Below the pieces are notes generated by a model. It saw only the letters and a program-made list of their open reading frames with translations. It was not told where the DNA came from and did no database searches. The translations under genes were made by a program, and so were the position numbers. Positions 38,625 through 50,795 of a stretch of 64,000 bases of DNA are shown piece after piece (within the stretch, counting starts at the first letter, position 1; each line of letters opens with the position of its first letter). Origin of the DNA: Felis catus (lineage: Eukaryota). The stretch is taken from assembly GCF_018350175.1 (NCBI RefSeq), contig NC_058368.1, positions 41,232,001-41,296,000 of the forward strand. The letters run 5' to 3'.

Positions 38625-40530
38625 GTAGTGTTACAGGGTCCTTACTACTGAGGATCCAGCCTCTCCTCAGTCACTGCGTTCTTTGAAGGAAAACTGGCTT
38701 AGGTCCACAATTTGGCCAGAACAGCTCTCCTCAGCCTACCAGTCATTCACTATTCCTCGACTGATTTGCCATACTGATGTTGGGTAGCCATCTTTACTGA
38801 GCATGATGTAAGTACTTCCATAGCACCCTGCTGGTTAAGCATTTCTGCCTACAGTTTTGAGGCCATCGTTCATCACCATAATTTCTCCCACTTTGCTTAT
38901 GACAGTTAAACGTTGGGCCTCCATTATTTCATGATTCTGTATCCCTTTGGATAGCAGTGAGCTTAATATTGTAATAGCATCTTCGGCCATCCCTGATACC
39001 ATCCACATAGCGGAGCAGTCGCCACTGCGTGTCCTAGTGGTGCGTTCGCCCCTCTCATGCCCCATGTCTCATCCGTCTAGTCTCTAGTGAATGGCTTGAC
39101 CTCAAGGTCTTCCAGCGGGTGCACCCATCTGGTCTGTTTCCCAGCTTTACTAATCTAGCATGGGCACTTCCCTGGGCATTTTGATCTGTTCTGCCACCAC
39201 CTGCCCTGGCAATTCTGGCATTTCTACTTCTCCTAGTGTGCGGCACTGCTTTCTTCAGGCACCCAAGAGCTATTTTGACCACGTGTTAGCACTGACGCCA
39301 TTGATTTTGGCCAAGGGATTAATCCTGTATGATAGGAAATTTCTCTCACACTAACATTTCACTTATCACCTTATGTTTGGTCCTGTTGATTCAGAACCTT
39401 CAGACCTAGTGCCACATATTTTCTCTAGGCTCCTGCTGTCACATGTTGATTAGGTTCTTTTTTTTTTTTAATGTTTATTCATTTTTGAAAGAGAGAGACA
39501 GCATGAACATGAGAAGGGCAGAGAGAGAGGGAGACACAGAATCTAAAGCAGGCTCTAGGCTCCGAGCTGTTAGCACAGTGCCCAACTTGGGGCTCAAAGT
39601 CATGGACCGCAAGATCATGACCTGAGCCCTGAGCCAAAGTCCAGAGCTTAACCAACTGAGCCACTGAGGTGCCCCACATGTTTATTAGGTTCTGAACCTG
39701 CTCCAGGACACTTTTCTCTTTCATTAGATGTAGACTTAGATTATGTTATGTGGTGTGGCCTGAGTAGCTAAGTGAGTTTATAATAATTATTGGTTTGATG
39801 GCCAGGGAACAAAGTGTCTTTTACCTTGTCTTTTACACGTTGTCTCACAGAGCAGTAACCTTGGCATCATGTTCAAGTGAAGACAGAGTGCAGGTCTCTA
39901 GATAGAAGAGGAGACCCCTTCCATAGGTACCACATGAATTCTGAGGATTCCATATTTTCATGTGCACAAACCCCATCCCCACAATACCCAAACTCAGAGT
40001 CTCAGTCTTTCCTAATTTGACCTCAGAGTTTGGTCTAGAGAAGTTGCCAAGACTGAGAACTCAAACTTTTTTAGATTTCTGCAAACTATATAAATCCTGG
40101 GCTTGAACATCAGCTTTATTCCCACCTCAGTTTCCAGGAAATGAAAATCTCTGTATGATATCCAGAAAACCTTTTCATTTTTACTCTTAGCCTTTAATAA
40201 GTGATTAATCATCCTCAACCTTTTATTGTCTTTCTCCAGTGAATCCATTTGGTCTGGTAAGTACCATATAATTCCATAATTTTCACAATTAGAGTTTTTT
40301 TGCTATAGTCTTTTCCTTATATGTGAAGTGCCTTCCTTATATGTGAGACATCCATATTCCATTCCAGTTCACTGCAGGTGAAAATTTTAAGAATTGGATC
40401 ACTGCCACAACCAAGACTTATCATTTCTCCACTTACTACCAGGATTTTGTCCTCACTACCAGCTAGCCAATAGATGATCTAGCTCCAAATCTTATTGTAC
40501 AGTTGCTTTGTCAGCCCAGATTTGGTTTTG
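38625..40530 (-). mobile_element. ERVL-class internal region (gag fossil, ERV3-16A3-like)
   Basis: Minus-strand translation gives ERVL gag-like pieces: DSLEKDNKRLRMINHLLKAK, NLINM*QQEPRENMW, EVEMPELP and REVPMLD. Interrupted by a SINE at 39459. Confidence 0.8.
39459..39675 (-). mobile_element. Can-SINE inserted in ERVL gag
   Basis: TSD acatgtt(g/t)attaggttct at 39441-39458 and 39676-39693. Confidence 0.97.
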
Positions 40531-40899
40531 ATTCTCTTTGATTTTGTTCCTTAGGAAACAAACACAGAGGCATTCTTGTACAAGAAGTTTTGGAGGGTGT
40601 GATTTCAGGGTCAACATAGAGGAGTGAATGAATGCAGCAGGATTGGGCAGAGGAAAAAATTGAACTGTGAGAGGCCTTTTTGAGATATTCTGAATGAGAT
40701 GATACCAAATCTGTATACCTTTCCATTGAACAGGCATTAGATGTAAGCTGCCTCCTGGCAGGGCACATAACTTTGAGTGAGGTGACTCTTCAACATAAGG
40801 TGATTACAGGAGGTTAGCTGAGAGCTGTTAGCCAACCCAGGATATGAAGGCCTCCTCTTACAAGGATGATCTGGGGGGCACACCAACACATGAACTACA
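40530..40899 (-). mobile_element. LTR16-like ERVL 5' LTR
   Basis: Minus strand begins tgtagttcatgtgttggtgtgcccccagatc (LTR16-like start). Contains 'gcaggattgggcagaggaaaaaattgaactg' and sits upstream of the gag fossil. Confidence 0.8.
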
Positions 40900-41974
40900 A
40901 TGTATAAATGCCTAGGAACATAAAGACCTTTAGTGATGCAGGTGTTTATTCTAGGGAGGGAGTCAGAAACTGTGACAATCAAGGATCACAGACTTGGTTG
41001 CCTTATCTGTTAAGGTGAATTTTTTTCATAGGAAGAATATATTGGTATAACCATCTATTATAAAAGAAAAGTATCATTTTCTTTGCAATTGGTACAAATT
41101 TCAAAAGTAATATTCTCTGAATGAAGTGAAATATGGATATGATTCAGTAAAATAAGTGAATAAAAACCTAGAAGATCTTTAGATACTTGTTAAAATAAAG
41201 TATATCTTTTTTTCCCCAAATAAAATAAATCATTCAATAACAAATAAGGAAAAACACAAAATCACAACAATCCTGCTTTTGTACAAGGAGTTGTCATGCA
41301 ACATGGCACAAATGCTTTTTAACAACTGATAAAATATAGGGAAAAAATGCCTCCTTTCAGAGATTTCAATCCCTTTAATTAACATAGGAGTTTTTTCTTT
41401 GGAGCCATAGAAGAATATGTGTATGATCTTCACATCTTCATTGTTTTTACCATAAACTGTATTCAACTAATGTACATGTTATATGAAGGCTTTTAATTAG
41501 ACATTCAGAGTGCAGCAAAGGAAAAGTCAGAAGACTTACATGAAGTTAACAAGAAACATATATTATTATAATAGTATTGCATTATTGCTGTTGTTATTCA
41601 TTATAACACTAGTCCATTAGAAATACTATTATTATTTTATTATAATTAATTACATTAGTATTATATTTTTGTTTTGGCCATGGAAAAGTAAGCATAATGC
41701 TAATAAAATGTTAGTGGAAACACAGTTGATTTGATTTCAATTTTTATTGTGTGGAGACAAAACATACTCTAGATATCTGCCAGAATAAGAAATAGTTTTA
41801 AGTATGTTCTTCAAATTTAGAAAATTACTCAGGGAGGAATTTAAAATTATTTTTTAAACAACAATAAAAGTTGAGGGAAACTAGAATAGTGTAATTGAGT
41901 TAAATACTCATCTTACATGGTATTAACACGACAAAGAATACTCAGGTTGATGGGTCCTTAATCATGTTATTTAA

Positions 41975-43030
41975 AATTAAAAGCAAAAGTGAATTACTGG
42001 GACCTTATGAAGATAAAAAGCTTCTGCACAGCAAAGGAAACAACCAACAAAACTAAAAGGCAAACAACCGAATGGGAAAAGATATTTGCAAATGACATAT
42101 CAGACAAAGGGCTAGTATCCAAAATCTATAAAGAGCTCACCAAACTCCACACCCGAAAAACAAATAACCCAGTGAAGAAATGGGCAGAAAACATGAATAG
42201 ACACTTCTCTAAAGAAGACATCCGGATGGCCAACAGGCACATGAAAAGATGTTCAACGTCGCTCCTTATCAGGGAAATACAAATCAAAACCACACTCAGA
42301 TATCACCTCATGCCAGTCAGAGTGGCCAAAATGAACAAATCAGGAGACTATAGATGCTGGAGAGGATGTGGAGAAACGGGAACCCTCTTGCACTGTTGGT
42401 GGGAATGCAAATTGGTGCAGCCGCTCTGGAAAGCAGTGTGGAGGTTCCTCAGAAAATTAAAAATAGACCTACCCTATGACCCAGCAATAGCACTGCTAGG
42501 AATTTATCCAAGGGATACAGGAGTGCTGATGCATAGGGGCACTTGTACCCCAATGTTCATAGCAGCACTCTCAACAATAGCCAAATTATGAAAAGAGCCT
42601 AAATGTCCATCAACTGATGAATGGATAAAGAAATTGTGGTTTATATACACAACGGAGTACTACGTGGCAATGAGAAAGAATGAAATATGGCCCTTTGTAG
42701 CAACGTGGATGGAACTGGAGAGTGTTATGCTAAGTGCAATAAGCCATACAGAGAAAGACAGATACCATATGCTTTCACTCTTATGTGGATCCTGAGAAAC
42801 TTAACAGAAACCCATGGGGGAGGGGAAGGAAAAAAAAAAAAAAGAGGTTAGAGTGGGAGAGAGCCAAAGCATAAGAGACTGTTAAAAACTGAGAACAAAC
42901 TGAGGGTTGATGGGGGGTGGGAGGGAGGGGAGGGTGGGTGATGGGTATTGAGGAGGGCACCTTTTGGGATGAGCACTGGGTGTTGTATGGAAACCAATTT
43001 GACAATAAATTTCATATATTAAAAAAATAA
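41975..43030 (+). mobile_element. Young felid L1, 5'-truncated (ORF2 C-terminus plus 3'UTR)
   Basis: 200-codon open frame 41989-42591 with the CCHC knuckle [22 protein letters not shown] at a Trp position stops it, and the frame resumes KEPKCPSTDEWIKK. G-rich 3'UTR, AATAAA and A tail. Confidence 0.98.
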
Positions 43031-43052
43031 ATAAATAAAATGATAAGAAATC

Positions 43053-43057
43053 AAAAA

Positions 43058-43102
<45 letters not shown>
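43053..43102. repeat. (TAAA)n microsatellite
   Basis: About 12 TAAA units between two copies of aaaatgataagaaatca. Confidence 0.95.
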
Positions 43103-43104
<2 letters not shown>

Positions 43105-43235
43105 AATGATAAGAAATCACCAGAATATCCCCTCCACACCAAAATAAGTAAGTAAATAAATAAATAAAAGTTAACATGGAGTATGGGTAATCTGACTGAG
43201 GGTAGAAAAAGTTGAGTGAATGATCTCTGATCCTT

Positions 43236-43404
43236 TTTTGTTTTTTAAATTTATTTAATTTGAGAGAGAATGAGACAGAGAGAGAGAAAGACAATCTGAT
43301 CTGTCAGTGTGGAGTCCGACGTGAGGCTCGAACTCAAGCAACAGTGAGATCATGACCTGAGCTGAAACCAAGAGTTGGACACTTAACTGAGCCACCGCGG
43401 GCCC
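43236..43404 (-). mobile_element. Can-SINE, partially deleted
   Basis: Reverse body gtgagatcatgacctgagctgaa, degenerate TSD aatgatc..tgat.ctt. Confidence 0.92.
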
Positions 43405-43671
43405 AAATGATCCTTGATTCTTACTGAAAGTCCTTCTATCAGATATTATTTACACTATGTTTACATTACTTCTAGTAAAACAAAAAGTTGGCAAAAGTGG
43501 AGAGTTCTACTACCAATAAATTGTTTTACCCATGTGGTGGTGGGGAAATTCAGCTACTCTCTTAGGAGATACTTGCCCTGTCTCTGAGTCTTTTGCAAGC
43601 ATTGCAAGATTTTAGGACATTCACTGAATATATTCATTTCATTCCTGGCTTCATTTAATATCCCCATTCTT

Positions 43672-43886
43672 GGGCACCTGAGTGGCTCAGTCATTAAGCC
43701 TCCAACTTTGGCTCAGATCACGATCTCATGGTTTTTGAGTTTGAACCCCGCATCGGGCTCTGTGCTGACAGCTTGGAGCCTGGAGCCTGCTTAGGATTCT
43801 GTCTCCCTCTCTCTGCTCCTCCCCCATTCTCACTCTGTCTCTCTCTCTTTCTCAAAAATAAATAACGATTTAAAAAATTTAAAAAA
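43672..43886 (+). mobile_element. Can-SINE
   Basis: Head gggcacctgagtggctcag and TSD atccccattctt. Confidence 0.96.
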
Positions 43887-44280
43887 ATCCCCATTCTTCC
43901 TTGATTCCTTGTGCTTTATAGTTTTAGTTCTTTTTCAGATTATCTCTCCATATTTTATGAATATCTGCAAGATGACTTAACTCCTTACTGGATCTGGGCA
44001 ATGTAAACAAAATATTTTAAATTTGTTTGCCTGAATTTCTCCTTTGATATCAAAGTGTGGATTGCAACATTTTCCACTGCCGCCCTATCTGTGCAGTATG
44101 ATGGGTAATCTTCTCTCTCTACATTAATAATCCTTAAAGCAGGTGGGAAAGATCACAATTTCTTGAATAAATTTGAAAACATATTCATTCCTAGTATTCT
44201 AAAAGTGGTAGAAATAACTTATAATTTATTATGTCACATTTACATAATATATTAAGAACATTCACTGCCACTTCACATTG

Positions 44281-44486
44281 TTTTATTTTTTTTTACATGT
44301 ATTTATTTTTGATAGAGTGAGGCAGAACACGAGTGGGGCGGGGGCAGAGAGACACAGAATCCGGAGCAGGTTGCAGGCTCTGAGCTGTTAGCACAGAGCC
44401 TGACATGGGGCTCGAATCCATGAACTGTGAGATCATGACCTGAGCTGAAGTAGGACACTTAACTGACTGAGCCACCCAGGTGCCCC
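44281..44486 (-). mobile_element. Can-SINE
   Basis: Reverse head gactgagccacccaggtgcccc and TSD tcacatt(g/a)tttt. Confidence 0.95.
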
Positions 44487-44617
44487 ATCACATTATTTTT
44501 AAATGGACAATTTTCTCTGAGAAAGGACTTAAGTTTTGCATATAGTTAGTTGAAAGCCTGCATTAAAACCTAACATTTTATGAATGAAGAGTGTCAGTCA
44601 ATAATGAATACTCTTCT

Positions 44618-44838
44618 GGGGGGGAGCCTGGGTGGCTCAGTCGGTTAAGCGTCTGACTTCAGCTTAGGTCCTGATCTCACAGTCTGTGAGTTCAAGCCCC
44701 ACGTTGGGCTCTGTGCTGACAGCTCAGAGCCTGGAACCTACCTCAGATTCTGTGTTTCCATCTCTCTCTGCCCCTCCTCTGCTCATGCTCTGTCTCTCTC
44801 TGTCTCAAAAATAAATAAAAACATAAAAAATTTTAAAA
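44618..44838 (+). mobile_element. Can-SINE
   Basis: Perfect 17-bp TSD aataatgaatactcttc. Confidence 0.97.
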
Positions 44839-46226
44839 AATAATGAATACTCTTCCATTAAATCATCACAGTCATCTCTGAGACTCAATTCTTTATTAAA
44901 TGAAGAAGGTAAATAAACTTTAGTTTGCCTGTTCAGCTGAGGTTAACACTTATGTACTACCTCTGTTTTTTTTGCTAACATCCAAGCTATCCTGGGTGTT
45001 AGAGTCAGGACTGCCACAGGAAAGAATCTGGGAGTAAGAAATTACTGGAAAGGGTATGATGACATAATTTCAATAGGTTGCTTGAGACTGTAGTTGTTCT
45101 GAAAATATTTTGATCATAAGTTTACAGATTTTTAAACATTTTCCTTTATATGGAAACATACATAGTCTTTCTATCTCTTATGCAAGTTGCTTCACTAGTG
45201 TTTTTAAACAGAGGCTGGGATTAATGCACTAATCCACTAAAGTAGGTAGCCGATCTAAATCCTCTTCTCTGCACAGAATTCTTATAAACCCAGTATTGTT
45301 TCTTTAATATTGTTTTGCTAATCACATAAATCTACCTGTCTAAAGAAAGGCTGTTGGAACATTTCAGATGGTGGTTTCACTAAACTTGATTCTCTTCTAA
45401 TTGTGCTTTAATGATAGTTTTCCATTTTGTGGATAACTGTGTTTAAATATTCAGAGAACAGATTATTAAAATTTTTGCTGAATGACTCATACAGGAACAC
45501 TAATTAGAACAAGAAAAACAGAGTTGCAATTTTCCAAAATAGTAACTGTGCCAGGTGAACTCAAGAAATGCTTCTGCTAACTAAAACTTTTATATAGAAA
45601 CTGGCAAATAATACATGTAATAATGATTAATGGTTTCTTCTGGATATTTAAAATGAATTGCTTACTACAAGTCAGAAATGCTGGTTCTTATTCTAAGTTC
45701 TGTCACTCACAATTTTACTGTTTGACCTTTAGTTAGTATTCTGATTTCTTTTTGCCTTAATTCCTTTCTCAAAGTATAACCTGGAGATTGTAATTAAAAA
45801 TAAACAAGTGAATATACTTGGTAAAGTGACAAAGTGAAAAATATTTTCTAGCTAAGAGGTTCTGACTTATATTTTGTTTGTTTTTCACATTTCATATTAA
45901 TTAGATCCAATAGCACCAACCACTGTAAATAGAATGTTATACCATCAAGGCACTTACACTAAATAGGAAGTAACCTTAGGTTATTCTTTCTTTATACATT
46001 TTCCTCTTCTAAGAGAATAACTAAATAAAATACATATGTCATAAGTTCCGAAATTCCAAATCAAAGTCTGAATTTTTAATAATATCAGCATAAAAGCCTC
46101 TAACTACGTACTAAAGTATATAGTGGAGAAAAGGTACTTTTTACAATACTGGATGAGAAAGTAAAGTCACTAATGCACTTTTCTGACTGTTTCACGTGAA
46201 GTATTTTAAAATTAATATCAAAAATA

Positions 46227-46462
46227 GGGGCGCCTGGGTGGCGCAGTCGGTTAAGCGTCCGACTTCAGCCAGGTCATGATCTCGCGGTCCGTGAGTTCGA
46301 GCCCCGCGTCGGGCTCTGGGCTGATGGCTCAGAGCCTGGAGCCTGTGTCCGATTCTGTGTCTCCCTCTCTCTCTGCCCCTCCCCCGTTCATGCTCTGTCT
46401 CTCTCTGTCCCAAAAATAAATAAACGTTGAAAAAATTTTTTTTTAAAAAAAATAAAAAAAAA
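46227..46462 (+). mobile_element. Young felid Can-SINE
   Basis: CpG-rich ggggcgcctgggtggcgcagtcggttaagcgtccg and TSD taatatc(a/g)aaaata. Confidence 0.98.
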
Positions 46463-47853
46463 TAATATCGAAAATAACTACAGCTTCTTATACAGGGTTT
46501 ATTTTAATTTTCCCTTTTACATCATCAAGGGACAATATTTTTGTGTGTGTATGACATCATGTGTCATAAGAGACATCATTTCAGTTCAAATTATATAATA
46601 TCCCTAATTTGAGCTTATCAGATTTCTGTTAACAGTTAAGCATCTCTCTTGCCACCCTGTCTTCATTTGCTCAATTGCATTTTTGGGGTGCCTTTTCCAG
46701 CGTATAGTTCCACCAACGCTTGGTAACTGTCTGTTCTCATGACATTTCCAGGCAAACACTTCAAAGATCATTTCTCCCAACACAAACATCTTTAGAGAGA
46801 TGGGAGGTTTGCTTAAGATCACACTGCCCCTTGTTCAATCTTTGCTAATGCTGCAGCATTTGGAAGTCTTCCTGAAAATAAATTGTCTGATGTTTTTCTA
46901 TAGTATGCAGAATGTACCGTACCTGAAAGATTTTACTAGTCAACTCAGCACATAAAATTCCTTTTCTGGCACCAAACTAAGCTCCAAGGAAATAAAATGA
47001 TCTGCCCTCTTTACAGTGCCTTGCACATATAGATGCAAATTAACTATTTGGAGCTGGAGAAACTTTTATTCCCTATCCATATTGCAGTAGCAATGCCCCT
47101 GCCATTGACTATTTGGTTCATCTAATTTCTCGCTATAACTCTTGGGGCCATTAAAAGATACCATCGGCCAAGTTATAATTTATCTGTAGATTTACAATAA
47201 ATTAAGCATCCTGACTTCTTCATTTGTTAGCAAATGCCGAACTATACTGGAATAAACTGATTCTGCGTAGTATCTAGTAGCAACTAAATTTGTTGTTTTT
47301 TGAAATGTTGAAAGATCTAAGTTCATTTACATAATTATTTGCTCTAGTTAGAGAGTTGTTCAAATTCAGATATTCCACAAATAAATGTAAGGAAATAAAA
47401 AAACATTAAATAAATCAGCAAACCCTGTAGTTGAAGGAAACCTACTATAACTATAGTTCATCCTAAATTTTTATTAAAATTTGCAGAAATTCAAACAAAA
47501 ATTTTCTGAGTTTAAACTTACTTACAGCTAAGATTTTCACATAGCATTTGTTTTAGGTGAGGAAAAACAAAGACCAGTGAAAAAGAAAGCTGCATCACAG
47601 AAAATCACAGAGATAGAAAAATCACAGAAACAAAATGCCTTTTTTTATGTCAAAACAAATTGTTCTCTTCTGCTTCTAGTTAGTACCCCACCCTCCCTCC
47701 CCTTTCTTTTTCATTTAGGATTACACTAGAACACTGCGCCTGTGGGATTTTGCATCCTCATAGACAGGAACTACTTAACCCAAACCGGAATCCTGATGAT
47801 TTTCTTATCCTCATGACAGAGTAAAGTATCAAAAACTCACCCTAACCTTTACC

Positions 47854-48060
47854 AAATAAAGTTCTTTAACATGCATATATCCATTCATTGCCCTAGCATG
47901 GACATACCCACTTAATGCTTTAGTGTGGACCTAACCACTGAATTCCTTAGCACGGACATACAGAGTGTCATATGTCAGTCTCTTCATATGGATGTACAAA
48001 CTCCATTTCTTAGCATGGGTAGACCCACTCAATGCCTTAGAATAGACACACACACTATTT
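47854..48060. repeat. Degenerate 27-bp tandem array (~7 units)
   Basis: Units start at 47881, 47908, 47935, 47971, 47998 and 48025. Approximate consensus CCACTCAATGCCTTAGCATGGACATAC. Confidence 0.85.
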
Positions 48061-48619
48061 CAAAGAATATCTATAAATTTCTAGGAATATTATTTGAGAA
48101 GTCATAAAAGGTCTTCGTTTTTATCAAGTATCTCACCATCTTCTATTAATACAAATGTTGCCTGAGATTTCTAACATTCATTCATTCAAGGTATTTTTTT
48201 TCTTTTGAGTTTAAATAAAAATACACAGCAGTTGTGTCATGAACTTTTTGGTCAAGGTTACCATTTTCAATTGACATTAGTTCAGAATTCTTTCAAATTG
48301 TTACTTAACTAAAATCAGAGTAATTTAACAATAAATATCTTGAGAGTTTGGTCTGTAGGACAGTATTGTTCAGGTAAGATTGCCTGGATGTGAAGGAGAA
48401 GAAAGGGAAAAAATGAGGAAGTTAATAGTAGTTGAATAAGTCGGGGGTAGGTGAGAGAAAAGAAAAACACAGCATTCACAAACCTGTCAACTTTGCTATT
48501 TTGCCAAGTCAAACCCAACATAATCCTACACAATTCTAGTCAAAAGTATTTCTCAATCTATCCGTGTAACTAACTTCGTTGTACCCCTATTATGTGTTGC
48601 TGTATGCATTTTGAAATTA

Positions 48620-49180
48620 TTTTTTTAATTTTATTATGGAATAATTGAAATATATACAAAGTATAATAGTACAATAGGACACTCATGTGCTGTCATCCAG
48701 CTCCAACAATTGTCAATTCTTGGCCTATCTTGTTTCATCAAGAAACAAAACTACTTCTCACACTCATTTCCCCTATCACAGATTATGTTGAATACAATAA
48801 AAGACATAAGGTTATTTAATCTAACATTATTATATCTAAAATCTATACCATCAAAATTCACGAAATCATATATATGTGCATCTTAGCTAGAATACCATTA
48901 TCACACTTAAAAATAATTACTAGTCTTTTGTTTTTAGAGTTTCTTTATTCAGATTTATATTCAAGTAAAGTCCCTACATTTAGATTAGTCCGTAAGTCTT
49001 ATAACTGTCTTTTAATATGTAGGCTACCCTTCTGTCTTCATTTTTTTTTTGTTTCTTGCAATATGTGTTTCGAAAAAAAAAAGATGTTTGCCATATAGTA
49101 TCTACTGGAGTCTGGATTTTGCTAATTTTCCTCCTTGAATTTTTTAACTTGCGTGTTTATTTCTTGCATTTTCTGAAGAT
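48620..49180 (-). mobile_element. Old L1 3'UTR (L1MC/ME-like)
   Basis: 'attttattatggaataattgaaatatatacaaagta...catccagctccaacaattgtcaattcttggcc' is a typical reverse old-L1 3' end. Confidence 0.7.
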
Positions 49181-49199
49181 GCTAGTTAAATGAAGAGTG

Positions 49200-49420
49200 A
49201 AAAGTGGCAAACTATAGCCTGTGACCAAATTCAACTTGCAGCTTACTTTTGCAAATAAAGATTTATTGGGACATAGCCACAAGCATTCATTTACGTATTT
49301 ATTGTCTATGGCTGTGTACTCCTGAAAAGGCAGAGTTGAGCAGTCATGATAGAAACCATATGGCCCACCAAACCAAAAATTTACTTATGCGATCTTCACA
49401 GAACATTTCTGCTATTTCCT
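49200..49420 (+). mobile_element. MER58A-like hAT DNA transposon
   Basis: 'ggcaaactatagcctgtgaccaaat...gcaaataaagatttattgggacatagccac...ggcagagttgagcagt...ccatatggccc'. Confidence 0.88.
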
Positions 49421-49957
49421 AATTTTGAGGATAGAGGGTTTTTTTTGTTTGTTTTTGAATAGTTTATATATAGAGTTGTATACTTCTAGGAAGTATACTT
49501 CACTTGTGATGTTAAAAACCACAGATGATCATTTCCTGAATTTAGTTTATCCAGGGGCTGAAAATGCTTAAGGATATACAAACTGGATCTTTCGATACTG
49601 TCCCCTACAACTTTTCCCTTGAGATCTGATTTTTAAAAAGCTGTGCAAATATTGTACTAAAATAACTCATTGCATTATTTTATGAGGAGAATTATAAAAC
49701 TTTTTGAAAAATTTTTAATCAAAGGATGTCACATTGAATTGGTATTAAATCCTAGCTTCAGAAATGCAAGTTCTCAATGTTACTGAGCATCTATTTCCTA
49801 ATATATAAAATAGAAATATCAGAACCTACTAGACAGAAGCATGTTAAATAGTATAAATTATTTTGTTATATTATTATATTAAAACTATATTTAAAATTAA
49901 ATATAATTATATATGATACATAATAGACATTCATTACATATTAGCCCATTTTTGGTA

Positions 49958-50052
49958 CCATATTTCATGAAAATGCACTTTTTTCATATTTCAACATCTC
50001 TGAAATTGGACTTCATTGTATAATTAATGGATCTTAGATTTGATGAAATAAG
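49958..50052. mobile_element. MER104-like Tc2/mariner MITE remnant
   Basis: After TA: ccatatttcat...ttttcatatttcaacatctctgaaattgg...tcttagatttgatgaaata, with terminal inverted repeats. Confidence 0.7.
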
Positions 50053-50520
50053 ACAGTAGCAGTGTTACTATGGATAGCTGTTTCTTGTGTAAGTGTTTTA
50101 ACTCTGGGTCATTGATGCTGCTACAAGGAGATCAAATACTAGTCATTTGGGATAGAATTTTCTTGGATGACCAAATTCTGTTAAGAATTTCTTTTGGTCA
50201 TTGAATTTTCTAAAATTTCATGGAAGCTCTGTATTCTAGTGTTTTTATGTATACTACTCATATTAACAAAGGTGAGTTTCCAGAAATATTTGAAATTCTA
50301 ATATCATCACCAGGCATCTAAGAAACCCCCCCAAAAATAGAATTTAAAATGTGAGTTTCTAGTTTCCCTTTTATATTTTGATTTTTTATTATTTTGTATA
50401 TGAGTATATTTTTATGAAATGTTATGTGGAGGAAGAACTGGAATTCTAGTGCTTCATCAAAAAAAAAAAACTACCATAAACATTTTACCACCATTCATAC
50501 ATACTCTAAAACAAACATCA

Positions 50521-50737
50521 TGCAGCGCCTGGGTGGCTCAGTCAGTTGAGCCTCCGACTCCTGTTCAGGTCATGATCTCATGGTTCGTGAATTTGAGCCG
50601 CATCAGTCTCTGTGCTGTCAGCTCAAAGCCTGGAGCCTGCTTCAGATTCTGTCTCTCTCTCTCTCTGTCCCTCCCCAGCTCATGCTCTGTCTCTCTCTGT
50701 CTCTCAAAAATAAATAAATGCTAAATTTTTTTTTAAA
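50521..50737 (+). mobile_element. Can-SINE
   Basis: gcgcctgggtggctcagtcagttgag head and TSD aaaac(a/g)aacatca. Confidence 0.96.
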
Positions 50738-50795
50738 AAAACGAACATCAGAAATTTTGAGTTTTCCTCATTCAATCATGTTCAACCATATTATT

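Noticed and set aside
41989..42591. 200-aa ORF, the longest in the window, as a host gene
   Set aside because: It is the C-terminus of L1 ORF2 in a 5'-truncated copy, starting at GTG and ending at a premature stop.
46227..46310. tRNA-like A/B boxes as tRNA genes
   Set aside because: These are the tRNA-derived heads of Can-SINEs, followed by CT tract, A tail and TSD.
47854..48060. 27-bp array as a CRISPR-like array
   Set aside because: Units are contiguous and degenerate with no unique spacers, and the genome is mammalian.
49478..49498. 9-bp inverted repeat gtatacttc/gaagtatac, and the 14-bp palindrome near 30895
   Set aside because: Short and AT-rich, expected by chance in 64 kb.
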